64,000 nt of DNA from Candidatus Berkelbacteria bacterium (GCA_016432625.1 CP066697.1:458561-522560), one strand, 5' to 3'; numbered from the stretch's first letter, positions 49,086 through 59,059 are shown. Notes: generated by a model from the sequence alone, not told the origin. Numbers and translations: made by a program.

Positions 49086-50795
49086 CTAACTGCGTAGCTG
49101 CAAATAGTTGACGATCCAATTGGCAATCTCACCGAACGTCGGGGCAGCTGAGGATTCGGCAAACTCAACAGTTTTTGGGTTGTCTAAACGGACCACCATT
49201 ACTACCTTAGGATTCTCAGCTGGGAAAAATCCGGCGAATGTACCGATGTGTCGATCCGTGTAATAGCCCCCGTGCGGATCCGGAACTTCGGCCGTACCAG
49301 TTTTACCGCCGACGCTAACGCCCTCTACTTTAGCTCGTTTACCGTGCCCATTTTCAACGACGCTAACCATCATCTGGCGAATTTTAGCTGAAGTTTCGGC
49401 GCTGATTACTTGCCCGCGAGTTTCATGCTTCAAGTTTTCCGCCTTCTCGTTTAAAACACTTTTCTCAACTAAATGGGGCGTTACCAGATTACCTTTGTTG
49501 ACTAGGGCGCTATAGGCAGCAGCAAGCTGTACCGTTGTTACCGAAACGCCTTGACCAAACGCCGCCGTTGAACGCAGAACGTCATTCCATTCCTTTTTTT
49601 CCGGTAAACGTCCGGACTGTTCACCGACCAGGTCAACACCACTTTTGGTACCGAAGCCAAACTTCTCAAAGTACTCCCTCTCCTTATCTGCGCCTAAGAG
49701 ACTAGAGATCCAGACCATAGCTACGTTATCGGAGTTTTCCAGTACTTGAGTCATTGTTTCCTTACCGTAAACTTTGTTTTCGGCGTTAAATATTTCACGA
49801 TCTTTTACGACAACTGACTTCCCGAAAGTGTTGGTTGTCTCTGGCTCAACTAACTTTGCGTCTATCGCCGAGGCCATCGTCAGCGGTTTAAAAACCGAGC
49901 CCGGCTCGTATATATTGCTGGCTGCTGGCGTTAAGAATTTATATTGCTCGTCGCCTTTGAGAGTCGAGAAAGCGTTAGGATCGTAACTCGGAGAGCCGGC
50001 GATAGCCATAATCCCCCCGTCAACTGGGTTCATAACGATAACCGATCCGCCGTCAGCTTTATATTTATCGAGCGCCTCGCGCAGTTTCGTTTCGACGATA
50101 AATTGCAAATTGTAGTCAATTGTAAGTACAAGGTCGCGACCTGCCTCAGATTTCTCAGTGCTAAGAATATCTATAAGGCGCCCGAGTGAGTCGCGCTTGG
50201 CCTTAGTGCTACCGCCACGACCGCGTAGCAAGTCGTCGTGAACTGCCTCAATGCCATACTTGCCGCTACCGTCGGCGCCAACAAAACCTAAAGCCTGCGG
50301 CGCGATTTTGTCCCCTTCAGGATAGACTCGCGCTAACACTGGCTTAACAAAAACACCTTTATAATTCTGCTTGGTAATCGATTGTGCCTTGATCTCATCT
50401 AATCCCTTAATCAACGCTGGAACATAGAGCTTGTCGTTATTAATCTTTGAGAATATATCCTCTTCTTTGAGCTCGGGCAGATCCTTAGCCAAGAGCGCGG
50501 CCAGTGTTTGCTTGTCTTTAACCTGGCGGGGCGAAACTTCCAACAGATATTGCCACTGGCTGATTGCTAACGGGTAAAGCTGTCCGTCTTTGTCCTTCGC
50601 GTATATCTTCCCCCGCGGAGCTGTTATCGCCGTTGTCGCTGTCGATTGGGTCTCGGCAGCCTTAACAAAATCATCATGCTCTATAACCTGTTTTTCAAAC
50701 AACCGAAAGATAATGCTTCCCGTTAAGAAGAAAATCAGTCCGAAGATGACTATCAATCGGCCGTTGGAACCCGAGGAGGCGTTTAGCGACGCCAT
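49086..50795 (-). CDS. ftsI: Class B PBP transpeptidase FtsI
   Basis: SVFKP (SxxK), SDN, KTGT motifs; N-terminal TM. Confidence 0.85.
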   Translation of the reverse strand: MASLNASSGSNGRLIVIFGLIFFLTGSIIFRLFEKQVIEHDDFVKAAETQSTATTAITAPRGKIYAKDKDGQLYPLAISQWQYLLEVSPRQVKDKQTLAALLAKDLPELKEEDIFSKINNDKLYVPALIKGLDEIKAQSITKQNYKGVFVKPVLARVYPEGDKIAPQALGFVGADGSGKYGIEAVHDDLLRGRGGSTKAKRDSLGRLIDILSTEKSEAGRDLVLTIDYNLQFIVETKLREALDKYKADGGSVIVMNPVDGGIMAIAGSPSYDPNAFSTLKGDEQYKFLTPAASNIYEPGSVFKPLTMASAIDAKLVEPETTNTFGKSVVVKDREIFNAENKVYGKETMTQVLENSDNVAMVWISSLLGADKEREYFEKFGFGTKSGVDLVGEQSGRLPEKKEWNDVLRSTAAFGQGVSVTTVQLAAAYSALVNKGNLVTPHLVEKSVLNEKAENLKHETRGQVISAETSAKIRQMMVSVVENGHGKRAKVEGVSVGGKTGTAEVPDPHGGYYTDRHIGTFAGFFPAENPKVVMVVRLDNPKTVEFAESSAAPTFGEIANWIVNYLQLRS

Positions 50796-50797
50796 CG

Positions 50798-51124
50798 TTA
50801 CGGAGTAACGTTCAAGGTTTCTGGATTACCACCAGCCGGTACAAGCCCTTGCTTGTTGGCGGCGTCGGTCAGGTTTTGTAGCGAACGGGTGCGACGCTCC
50901 TGAATAACTAGAGTATCGAACACTCGGTCCGCTTCTGTGACTTGCTTTTGGGCGTCTCGCAGCTGAATGGCCGTATCGGAACCCTGTGCAGACTGAACCA
51001 AGTAGAGTAGCGAGAGAACCGCCAAGATAACCAAGATCAGATATCGCGATGCGGTTGGGCCGACGCTGAAAACATTGCCCGTCTTGTAAACTCGGCGTCG
51101 CTGGATTCTTGAGATTTGGTTCAT
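50798..51124 (-). CDS. ftsL: FtsL-like bitopic cell division protein
   Basis: 108 aa, TM plus coiled coil, between rsmH and ftsI. Confidence 0.5.
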   Translation of the reverse strand: MNQISRIQRRRVYKTGNVFSVGPTASRYLILVILAVLSLLYLVQSAQGSDTAIQLRDAQKQVTEADRVFDTLVIQERRTRSLQNLTDAANKQGLVPAGGNPETLNVTP

Positions 51125-51140
51125 TTGGATTTTTGGCTTT

Positions 51141-51992
51141 CTAGTTTGTTGATTTAATTGCAGACCGTAACTTGGCGCTCCGACTTCTTGGGTTAGAGCG
51201 TTGCTCTTCTAACGATGGGATAACTGGCTTCTTTGTTACGACGGTCATATTTTCGCGCATGAATTCCTTAACAATTCGATCTTCTAATGAATGGAAGCTA
51301 ATGACGACCAGCCTACCCCCGTCTTTTAAAGCCGCTGCGGCTTTCTCTAAACCAATTTTCAGGGTGTGTAACTCGTCATTAACTTCAATTCGGAGCGCTT
51401 GAAACAAGGGCGCTAGAACACTGGGTTGTGTGGTGCCGACAATCCGCATGAAGTCATTGGTGGTACGAATCGGTTCGCGGCGCCTAGCATCGACAATCTT
51501 TCTTACCAGTGAGCGGTATTGCCGGTCTTCGGCCAAATCACGAAAGATGCGTTCCAGTCGCTCGGCTCCCGTCTGCATTAGCAGCTGCGAGGCATTTTGA
51601 CCGCTTCGCTCATCAAACCGCATATCGAGCGGCTCATTGCGGCTAAAGCTGAACCCACGTCCCGAGGCTTCCAATTGGTCAGAAGATATCCCGAGATCAA
51701 ACAGAATGCCGTCAAATTTCGCGTCTAGCTCATCTAGTCGATCATAAGCTAAGTTGAAAAGTTTCAGCCGATCAGGAAACTCGCGAGACAGCTCTTCGGC
51801 AAATGGCGCAACTGTACCGTCCCGGTCTAGAGCGTACACATGTCCGTCGGGTTCGATACGACGCAGAATCTCTCTTGAATGCCCCCCTCCGCCAAACGTG
51901 CAGTCAAGATAAGTTCCTCCATTTCCCAACTGAAGATAGCCGAGCGTCTCCTGTACTAGGACAGGGATGTGTTTTGAAGTTTTATCCATCAT
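51141..51992 (-). CDS. rsmH: 16S rRNA m4C1402 methyltransferase RsmH (MraW)
   Basis: YLDCTFGGGGHS SAM motif. Confidence 0.9.
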   Translation of the reverse strand: MMDKTSKHIPVLVQETLGYLQLGNGGTYLDCTFGGGGHSREILRRIEPDGHVYALDRDGTVAPFAEELSREFPDRLKLFNLAYDRLDELDAKFDGILFDLGISSDQLEASGRGFSFSRNEPLDMRFDERSGQNASQLLMQTGAERLERIFRDLAEDRQYRSLVRKIVDARRREPIRTTNDFMRIVGTTQPSVLAPLFQALRIEVNDELHTLKIGLEKAAAALKDGGRLVVISFHSLEDRIVKEFMRENMTVVTKKPVIPSLEEQRSNPRSRSAKLRSAIKSTN

Positions 51993-52258
51993 TTGTTAGG
52001 TGCTTTTCTCTTACACTTACATTGTCTCGTTGTAACCACGGCCAGTTGCAGGGGTCAGAAGACGGTCATAGCCACCGGGGATAGGTTCCTCCCTAATAGT
52101 AAGGGCAGGAAAAGACCCGATAGCGAGTCTCTTTCCTTACGGAGAGAGCCTCTTCGTCAAATGATTATATGAAATACAAACCTGACGTTGAGGAACCGAC
52201 TTACTAGTTCCCCCGCCACTGGTCATCAAAAAGTTGGTGTGGGTCAACAACATGGTCA

Positions 52259-52717
52259 TCAGAGTTCCCATTCGGTCAGCTTTTCAGCATTGCTTTCGTT
52301 ATCAACGGCAGCCTGTTTGCTGTATGCGTCCCATGTTTGCTTGTCCCAAATTTCAGCACGGTTAAACACCCCCGTAACCATTACTGGTCCCTTGATACCA
52401 GCGTAATCACGCAAGTACCCAGGTAGTAGCGCCCTCCCCTGCTTATCAATTTCCACTTCCATCGCTCCTGAGAGCATCATCCGAGCAAACGCCCGGGCGT
52501 TGGAACTGGAGATTGGCAAGTTGGCGAGTCTAGTTGCCATCGTTTCCCATTCCGCTTTCGGATACAAAAACAAACACTTGTCGAGTCCTCGGGTGACGAT
52601 CGCCGATGACCCTAACTCGGACCGGAACTTGGCCGGCACTGAGAGGCGCCCCTTGGCGTCCAGATTGTGTGTGAATTCTCCTATTAACATCAACTTCGTT
52701 GCTGTTACTCCTCGCAC
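52259..52717 (-). CDS. mraZ: Transcriptional regulator MraZ
   Basis: Duplicated MraZ fold with DAKGRLSVP motif. Confidence 0.85.
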   Translation of the reverse strand: MRGVTATKLMLIGEFTHNLDAKGRLSVPAKFRSELGSSAIVTRGLDKCLFLYPKAEWETMATRLANLPISSSNARAFARMMLSGAMEVEIDKQGRALLPGYLRDYAGIKGPVMVTGVFNRAEIWDKQTWDAYSKQAAVDNESNAEKLTEWEL

Positions 52718-52817
52718 TTTTCAAGCGCTCGTAGTTAACATTTACCTTTCTCTTTAAATTCATATGGTCTTGCTTGTGGAAAAGTTTGGATGAAGCCTCC
52801 TCCTGATGGGTAATGGA

Positions 52818-52858
52818 CTTTTCCACTTTTCCCCACTCCATCCCACTTTTTTCCACGT
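52818..52858 (-). promoter_or_regulatory. Putative MraZ operator: four direct GTGGR repeats at exact 10-bp periodicity upstream of mraZ
   Basis: Minus strand reads GTGGAAAAAA GTGGGATGGA GTGGGGAAAA GTGGAAAAGT, ~100-140 bp upstream of the mraZ start; a further GTGGAAAAG in opposite orientation at ~52778. Confidence 0.5.
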
Positions 52859-52951
52859 GCTGCGATTTACAGTATGGCTTTGCGAAATGGTTGTCAAGTG
52901 TTTGTCAGAAATAACACTGTTGAGCTTCGTCAGATAGGATAAAATGCAGCT

Positions 52952-53299
52952 ATGAACGAATTAGCCAAGCAAAAATGCGTCCCGTGTGAAGGCGGGGTTC
53001 CGCCACTCAAGGGCAAGGCCTTAGAGAAATTGAAAAGTCAGCTCGACAGTGAAGCGCCGGGCTGGAATTTGCGCGATGCCAAACACCTTGAAAAAACCTA
53101 TAAATTTCCGGATTTCCAAAGTGCCTTGGAGTTTGTTAATGGGGTCGGCGAAATCGCCGAGTCTGAGGGCCACCATCCGAACATCGAATTCGGCTGGGGT
53201 TTTGTGCGAATTATTATTTGGACCCACAAAATCGACGGATTATCGGAAAGTGACTTCGTTCTCTCAGCGAAGATCGAGGACTTGAACGCGCGTTCTTAA
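52952..53299 (+). CDS. phhB: Pterin-4a-carbinolamine dehydratase
   Basis: EGHHPNI PCD signature. Confidence 0.8.
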   Translation: MNELAKQKCVPCEGGVPPLKGKALEKLKSQLDSEAPGWNLRDAKHLEKTYKFPDFQSALEFVNGVGEIAESEGHHPNIEFGWGFVRIIIWTHKIDGLSESDFVLSAKIEDLNARS

Positions 53300-53322
53300 A
53301 ACAGAAGCGTTGGGTAAAGAAA

Positions 53323-53342
53323 CGGGCCGGCATACGCCGGCC
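53323..53342. terminator. Bidirectional GC hairpin between convergent genes
   Basis: GGGCCGGC-ATAC-GCCGGCCC. Confidence 0.45.
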
Positions 53343-53363
53343 CTAAAGGACCCAGTACTGAAG

Positions 53364-54149
53364 CTACCCGGAGTCACGGATTACGTACTCGCGCCCCTTG
53401 CCGTCTTTCGCGGACCAAGGCAGGTTAACCGCGCCGTTCCATACCTTCGTGTAACTTTTCAAGAGCGCCCCACTGCGAAGATCCAACTCATAAAAAGTAT
53501 GCTTGCTATCAGCTTGGAACGGGTACGTCAGTACCAGTCTGCCACCCTTGACAGCGAAGAAGGCGTAAAAGTTCTCGTCCGCGTCCGCGGATGCTGCCTC
53601 GTCGTCAGAGATCTTCGGTGCCTTCAGCTCCTTATGCCATTGGGCAACGCCTTTGGCGTCGAGATGAGTGACAAAAAGCTCACCGGATTTGGTGTGGCCG
53701 GAGACGAAGCAGTTGCCGCCACCGTCGTCGGTGACGTATTCAGCATCACGAAACCTTTCCAGTTTGGCTTTCCAAACAATCCGTCCGCTTTTGCCAAGCT
53801 GAAATGCTACCGGAAACTTGTCCTTGCCCCGGTAGTTCCTTGTGCAGGCAACGTAAACACCACCTAATGATGCCTTGAGAGCGGTGATTTCGTCCTCAGC
53901 CGTCCCGACCACTGTTTTCCAGATCATTTTGCCTTGGCCATCACACTTGATGACCGTACCGCCACCCCCAGCAAAGAACGCTCCGCCACTTTCGACTGCT
54001 AGAGCGCTAGCCCTACGCGAAGTGTACGCGGAGAAGCTTGCGAGCTTGGTTGGACGCCCGTTGACCATCACGGCGATTGTCGACTCGTCAGCCCTTACCA
54101 CTGATGTGGCCCAGACCGATACAACGAAAAGCGACAATAATTGACGCAT
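53364..54149 (-). CDS. Secreted hypothetical protein (signal peptide, Gly-rich beta-rich)
   Basis: MRQLLSLFVVSVWATSVVRADE signal; no recognisable family. Confidence 0.5.
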   Translation of the reverse strand: MRQLLSLFVVSVWATSVVRADESTIAVMVNGRPTKLASFSAYTSRRASALAVESGGAFFAGGGGTVIKCDGQGKMIWKTVVGTAEDEITALKASLGGVYVACTRNYRGKDKFPVAFQLGKSGRIVWKAKLERFRDAEYVTDDGGGNCFVSGHTKSGELFVTHLDAKGVAQWHKELKAPKISDDEAASADADENFYAFFAVKGGRLVLTYPFQADSKHTFYELDLRSGALLKSYTKVWNGAVNLPWSAKDGKGREYVIRDSG

Positions 54150-54232
54150 TGATTCATACCTCCAAAGAACTCAGCCAAGTTGCCCTGACCTGTCGGCGCA
54201 ATAATAGCAGTTAGCTGGGTCGAATTGTAGAG

Positions 54233-55522
54233 TTAGGGCGTGGTTCGTTCTTGTTTCATCGTGTCGCGGTCGCGAGCGGTAACCGTGCCCTTGGTCTTAC
54301 CTTCAACTGACTCAAAATCGACAGTGTAACAAACCGGGGTGCCGATCTCGTCTTGGCGACGATAGCGCCGGCCGATCGAGCCGGATTCGTCGTAAAAAAC
54401 ATTCTTTCCCTCAGCGCGTAATTTAGTCACGAGTTCGGCCGCAAATTTTAACAACGGTTCCTTTTTAACAAGTGGCAAAACAGCCGCATCGTACGCAGCA
54501 AGGTTTTGGTTAATTGATAATACTGTCTCCAACTCGCCAGCATCGTTACGGCCTTTTTCAAAGTTCTGCCAAGCGTCAAGCAAAACCACAAGCAATGCCC
54601 GATCCAACCCGGCGGCTGGTTCGATCACCCAGGGGATGAATTTTTCTTTTGTCTCTTCATCGAAAACCGACATGTCTTTACCGGAATGTTTCTGGTGCGC
54701 AGTTAAATCGTAGTCGCCGCGATTGGCGATTCCTTCTAGCTCGCCCCAACCCCAGGGGTACTTATACTCAATGTCTGTTGTGGCTTTTGAATAGTGCGAT
54801 AACGCCGATTTTGGGTGTTTATATAGTCGCAAGTTTTCCTTGCTGACACCGAGCTCAACATACCACTGCAGCCGCGCATAAACCCATTTATCAAACCATT
54901 CCTCGGCCTCGTCTTCACGGACAAAAAACTCCATCTCCATCTGCTCGAACTCCCGAGTGCGGTACGTAAAATTACCCGGTGTAATTTCGTTACGGAAGCT
55001 TTTGCCGATTTGCGCGATCCCAAAGGGTATTTTTTTTCGAGAGGCTTCTAGAACTTGTTTGAAATTGATAAAAATGCCCTGGCAAGTTTCAGGCCGTAAG
55101 TAGGCGACGGATGCTTCCTCCTCTACCGGGCCGATTGAGGTTTTAAACATTAAATTAAACTGGCGTGGCTCACTAACTGGATTACCCTCCGGGCTTTTGG
55201 ACGGATCTTCTAGGTGGTCGGCTCGATATCGTTTATGGGTTACTAGATCTTCGACGAGCGGGTCAGTAAAGTTCTCCGTATGCCCAGCCGCTTCCCAGAC
55301 TTGGGGGTTAAGGATTATCGGTGAATCAATACCGACAATATCATCGCGTTCGGCAACCATTGTGCGCCACCAAAAATTACGCAGCTTATTTTTCATCTCA
55401 ACACCGACTGGGCCGTAGTCATAGGAATTCGACAGGCCGCCGTATATTTCGCTCGAAGGCCAAATGACGCCCCGGCGTTTAGCCCAGGCCACAAATTCCT
55501 GCATTTGTTCAGGTTTAACCAT
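54233..55522 (-). CDS. glyQS: Glycyl-tRNA synthetase, alpha2 (eukaryote/archaeal-like) type
   Basis: Class II motifs; IYGGLSNSYDYGPVG N-terminal signature. Confidence 0.85.
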   Translation of the reverse strand: MVKPEQMQEFVAWAKRRGVIWPSSEIYGGLSNSYDYGPVGVEMKNKLRNFWWRTMVAERDDIVGIDSPIILNPQVWEAAGHTENFTDPLVEDLVTHKRYRADHLEDPSKSPEGNPVSEPRQFNLMFKTSIGPVEEEASVAYLRPETCQGIFINFKQVLEASRKKIPFGIAQIGKSFRNEITPGNFTYRTREFEQMEMEFFVREDEAEEWFDKWVYARLQWYVELGVSKENLRLYKHPKSALSHYSKATTDIEYKYPWGWGELEGIANRGDYDLTAHQKHSGKDMSVFDEETKEKFIPWVIEPAAGLDRALLVVLLDAWQNFEKGRNDAGELETVLSINQNLAAYDAAVLPLVKKEPLLKFAAELVTKLRAEGKNVFYDESGSIGRRYRRQDEIGTPVCYTVDFESVEGKTKGTVTARDRDTMKQERTTP

Positions 55523-55546
55523 CGCCCTAATTCTAACTGAAGTTTT

Positions 55547-56602
55547 CTACTTGTAGAAGGAAGCAATCGGGTCAAGGAAGCTGGCGAGCGGCCCAAGCAT
55601 GGAAGTGTAGTCGAAGACTGAGAGTAGCATCACCGCCGAAATAAGCAGCATCACGAAGGCAAATATTTTGAACATTGCCCGCCCTTTGTTGAACAGGAAG
55701 AGAATGAAACCTAGGCCAAGACTGATTGTCGCTGTTGGCCAGCCGATTGATTTAATCGCGTCCCAGTTACTACCCAGTGTGGATTTCAGAAATGGCGAGG
55801 CGAGGAGGCCGAGTAAGGCGATGAGGCCAAATACTATTAAGACCTCACCGATCGTACCGATGCCGCTAGTTCCTTCTTCTATTGTCGCTTCGTCGTTTAA
55901 GTCCTTGTGATCGGCCGGCGGGGTCTGACCCTGCGGACCGCTAAGGATTTTGGTGTAGATATCATTTACTGGCTTAGCAGACTGGCTGGTGTTGCTCTTC
56001 GGTATCGCAGCAGCAGTGGGCGCAGCGGCCGGCGGCGGCGTAACTGGAATTGGCTCCTGTACTTTTGCCTCTTCTGGCTTTGGTTGCTCAGGCGCGGGTT
56101 GCTCCACGGGTGGTGGCGGCACTTCAGCAGGCTTAACTTCCTCGCTTTTTGGAGCCTCAGTCGGGGGCGTAGAGAGCACGGTTTCACCGTCTTTCTTCGT
56201 GACTGGTGGTTCGGCAGCACTTTCGCCAACGCCGCTAGTTAATTTTTCAATCTTGGACTCGAGAGCTTGTACCTCTCCGGTTAGAACCTCGATTTGTTCC
56301 CCGAGTGATTCGTGCGGATCGTTCTCTTTTTGTGCCGCAGCGATATCAGCCTCACTAACAATTACTGGCGTTTCTGGGGCTGGGGTGGCCTGGGATGGTG
56401 CGGGCACAGTCGCTTCTTCTGTTTTAGCGGCTTCTGGAGCAGCGGTAGATGGACCCGTATCTGGTTGCTTAGGAGTCTCTGGCGCCTGATTTATCGCCAA
56501 AGAGCCATCATTTGCAGTAGTAGTCTCAGCACCGTTGATAGCGGTGTTTTTTGGTTCTTCGGTTTTAGCTTGTTGCTTATCTTCAGCCATATCCCCTCCC
56601 AA
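55547..56602 (-). CDS. Membrane protein with long P/A/E-rich disordered N-terminal region and three C-terminal TM helices
   Basis: Low-complexity composition; the alternative-frame ORFs on top of it (55907-56489) are compositional artefacts. Confidence 0.5.
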   Translation of the reverse strand: MGGDMAEDKQQAKTEEPKNTAINGAETTTANDGSLAINQAPETPKQPDTGPSTAAPEAAKTEEATVPAPSQATPAPETPVIVSEADIAAAQKENDPHESLGEQIEVLTGEVQALESKIEKLTSGVGESAAEPPVTKKDGETVLSTPPTEAPKSEEVKPAEVPPPPVEQPAPEQPKPEEAKVQEPIPVTPPPAAAPTAAAIPKSNTSQSAKPVNDIYTKILSGPQGQTPPADHKDLNDEATIEEGTSGIGTIGEVLIVFGLIALLGLLASPFLKSTLGSNWDAIKSIGWPTATISLGLGFILFLFNKGRAMFKIFAFVMLLISAVMLLSVFDYTSMLGPLASFLDPIASFYK

Positions 56603-56610
56603 TATTAACG

Positions 56611-57708
56611 CTACTCGCCCAAATACTTCCGTGGGACGGCGGTGCCGATTCGAGTAACAATTTCATGATGACGAAGGCCTGAGGACTTGGCAAGTTCTGT
56701 CACGTTGATTGTTTCAGTCTGACCCGTTGCGTTCTTCTGAGAGCCAATTAAAACCACCTCATCACTTCGTTTAATTGGCAACCCTGTAACATCGGCTACG
56801 CAGAGGTTCATAGCGATCTTACCGATAATCGGCACGCGATAGCCGTTGATTAGTGCCTCTGCCTTGCCGGTCAGAGCCTGAGTGAAGCCTTCGGCGTACC
56901 CCGCGGACAAGACGGCAATATCTGAGTCACGTTTCGCTACCCAAAGGTGGTTGTAACTGACGCCCTCGCCCTCATCAATCGATTTAACTTGCGCCACCAC
57001 CGTCTTGTAAGTAAGGCAAGGCTCGAGACCATCTATCACACCGTCTGTGCCATAAAACGCTAGCCCAACTCGTACGGCATCGAGATATCCCTCCTGAAAA
57101 TTATCGAGGGCATAACTTGAGACGAGGTGAAACGGTAAAATCTCAATTTTATCCTGGGTCCGCAAAATCACGTCCTGAAGACGCCGCAGCTGCTCGAGGT
57201 TTAGCTGATAGTCGGTCGCGTCAGCTAGATGCGAGAAAACTGCCTCGACACTAATGTGTGGGAAGTGTCGTTGGCTTATTAAAAAATCGACGGCGTCTTC
57301 AATCGCTACCCCTAGTCGATTGAGTCCGGTTTCAACCTTCAGGTGAACCTTGGCTTGACGTCCGAGCCGTTGCGCTGCTCGTTCAATTTGCGGGATCATC
57401 TCTTTGTCGTAAAGCGTCAAAGCAAAGCCGTGCTCGATAGCCTCGGACGTTTCTTGGCTGTTGAGGTAATTCAGAATCAGAACCGGTTTGCGACTATTCC
57501 GCTTAACCTTCAAGGCTTCCTCGAGTGAAATTACCGCAAACATATCGACGCCCGACGCGTTTAAGGTTTTAGTGATCGTCTCAATTCCGTGGCCGTATGC
57601 GTCAGCTTTAACGACGGCGATTACGCCGACGTTCGAACCAATTTTCTTCTTAAGAATCGCGGTGTTTCGACGCACAACGTCGAGGTCAATCTCAAGCCAA
57701 GCCCGCAT
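56611..57708 (-). CDS. alr: Alanine racemase
   Basis: AVVKADAYGHG PLP-lysine motif. Confidence 0.85.
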   Translation of the reverse strand: MRAWLEIDLDVVRRNTAILKKKIGSNVGVIAVVKADAYGHGIETITKTLNASGVDMFAVISLEEALKVKRNSRKPVLILNYLNSQETSEAIEHGFALTLYDKEMIPQIERAAQRLGRQAKVHLKVETGLNRLGVAIEDAVDFLISQRHFPHISVEAVFSHLADATDYQLNLEQLRRLQDVILRTQDKIEILPFHLVSSYALDNFQEGYLDAVRVGLAFYGTDGVIDGLEPCLTYKTVVAQVKSIDEGEGVSYNHLWVAKRDSDIAVLSAGYAEGFTQALTGKAEALINGYRVPIIGKIAMNLCVADVTGLPIKRSDEVVLIGSQKNATGQTETINVTELAKSSGLRHHEIVTRIGTAVPRKYLGE

Positions 57709-58417
57709 ATGTGCTCCAAGGTTTGTTAAACCACTGGGTAATTTCCCGTAGTAATAGTTCTTCGATTTGCTTGGCGACTGAGTCTGGAATTTTGATTGTG
57801 TGAATTGACATAAAACTGCTCTTTCTTAAAAGCACCAGCAATTTTACTGAGTTTTTCTCTAGTTGAATACTATCGGCGATTTCCGGCGTACATGTCTCGC
57901 AGACCAGACGTCGCTCATCGTACAGCCAGGTCGCTGCTTCAGATAATTTTTTACCGCATTTTTGGCAAGCAAAGTCATTCGGGCCCAAGCCGAGTTCGTT
58001 AACGAGTTCGTTCAAAAAATAAAGCCATATCGGCGGCCATTGCCAACCCTGACTAAGTCGGGCAAACGCGTCTAAAGTAAGCTGAAATATCGCCCGCTGG
58101 CTTACATCCTCAAGAGTTACCCTTTCGACAATTTTGGAGATATGAAATGCTTTTTGCGTTAGCTCCAGCGAGTCTCGGATTGGTTCAAATGGCTCCGCGA
58201 GGACGGCGCTAGTTACACGGGGCAATTCGTCGTGATCGGTCAGCATTAATTGCGAGAGCATGAAGGTATCGAGGTGTCCCGCAAGTTTACTTGTTGGCCG
58301 ACGGACGGCTTTCACGACAACTCGCTTCTTGCCTAAATCAGGCGAGAAGATCGTCAAAATGCGATCGGTCTCGCCGATATTCTGCTTTTTCAATACTAAG
58401 CCCAGGGTTTTACGCAT
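57692..58417 (-). CDS. recO: DNA repair protein RecO
   Basis: OB fold plus C-terminal CQKCG...CETC zinc motif. Confidence 0.7.
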   Translation of the reverse strand: MRKTLGLVLKKQNIGETDRILTIFSPDLGKKRVVVKAVRRPTSKLAGHLDTFMLSQLMLTDHDELPRVTSAVLAEPFEPIRDSLELTQKAFHISKIVERVTLEDVSQRAIFQLTLDAFARLSQGWQWPPIWLYFLNELVNELGLGPNDFACQKCGKKLSEAATWLYDERRLVCETCTPEIADSIQLEKNSVKLLVLLRKSSFMSIHTIKIPDSVAKQIEELLLREITQWFNKPWSTYAGLA

Positions 58418-58432
58418 ACTGCCTAACGAAGG

Positions 58433-58633
58433 TTACTCTGCCGAGGCTGAGATGAACAGCAAAGCGCTAACACCGAGCGCGCCAGCGCCACCCCAAACGA
58501 GGTATTTAGTTAGGTCAAAGCTAGATTCGGCAATTCCAGCAGCGTTGAGTGATGGGTTAAATCCGCCGGCTAATATCGCCACCCCAACAACAGCTAGCGC
58601 GGTGGCACTTATAACTCGAGTTCTCTTGTTCAT
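58433..58633 (-). CDS. Small two-TM membrane protein
   Basis: MNKRTRVISATALAVVGVAILAGG...; the longer track ORF would overlap 5S rRNA, so it is trimmed to the internal Met. Confidence 0.35.
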   Translation of the reverse strand: MNKRTRVISATALAVVGVAILAGGFNPSLNAAGIAESSFDLTKYLVWGGAGALGVSALLFISASAE

Positions 58634-58660
58634 ATACGACGATTGTAAGGCTTTTATGGC

Positions 58661-58700
58661 CAAAAGAAAAACCGCAATAATCTTGCGGTTCTTCTTTTGG
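58661..58700 (-). terminator. Terminator after 5S rRNA
   Basis: AACCGCAAGATTATTGCGGTT followed by a T-tract (minus sense). Confidence 0.6.
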
Positions 58701-58726
58701 ATAATGTAGAGCTTGTGTGCTCTGTG

Positions 58727-58843
58727 TTGGCGCTGGTCTACTTTCCCGACGGCTGTTAGCCGCAAGTATCATCGATGCTGAGACGCTTAACTACTCTGTT
58801 CGGAATGGGAAGAGGTGTACCCATCTCGCTTTAAGCACCAACA
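58727..58843 (-). rRNA. rrf: 5S rRNA
   Basis: Minus-sense CCCATTCCGAACAGAGTAGTTAAGC loop C/helix III signature and paired termini GTTGGTG/CGCCAAC. Confidence 0.8.
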
Positions 58844-59059
58844 CACAACACACAAATTCTTGTCCGAAACTCCCCACTCTTAAGTGAGGAACTTATGTGA
58901 GGACCGTCGCGCAGGCGCAGCGGGCATGGTCTGACGAAGTCAGCCGCAAGCCGAGCGGGAGCGCTGCGAATCGCTGGATTCGCAGATAGCGTGTCCGAAC
59001 ATAATGTTCCGAACGTTTTCCAAACCAAAGTTGAAGATATTTCTCACCTCAAAACCAGG

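Noticed and set aside
52530-52856. 108-aa ORF overlapping mraZ and the MraZ box
   Set aside because: It overlaps a confident gene and its operator, and the sequence reads better as the regulatory region.
55907-56489. Alternative-frame ORFs inside the P/A/E-rich membrane protein gene
   Set aside because: Low-complexity GC-rich repeats give open frames in several phases; only the frame with TM helices and a start context is credible.
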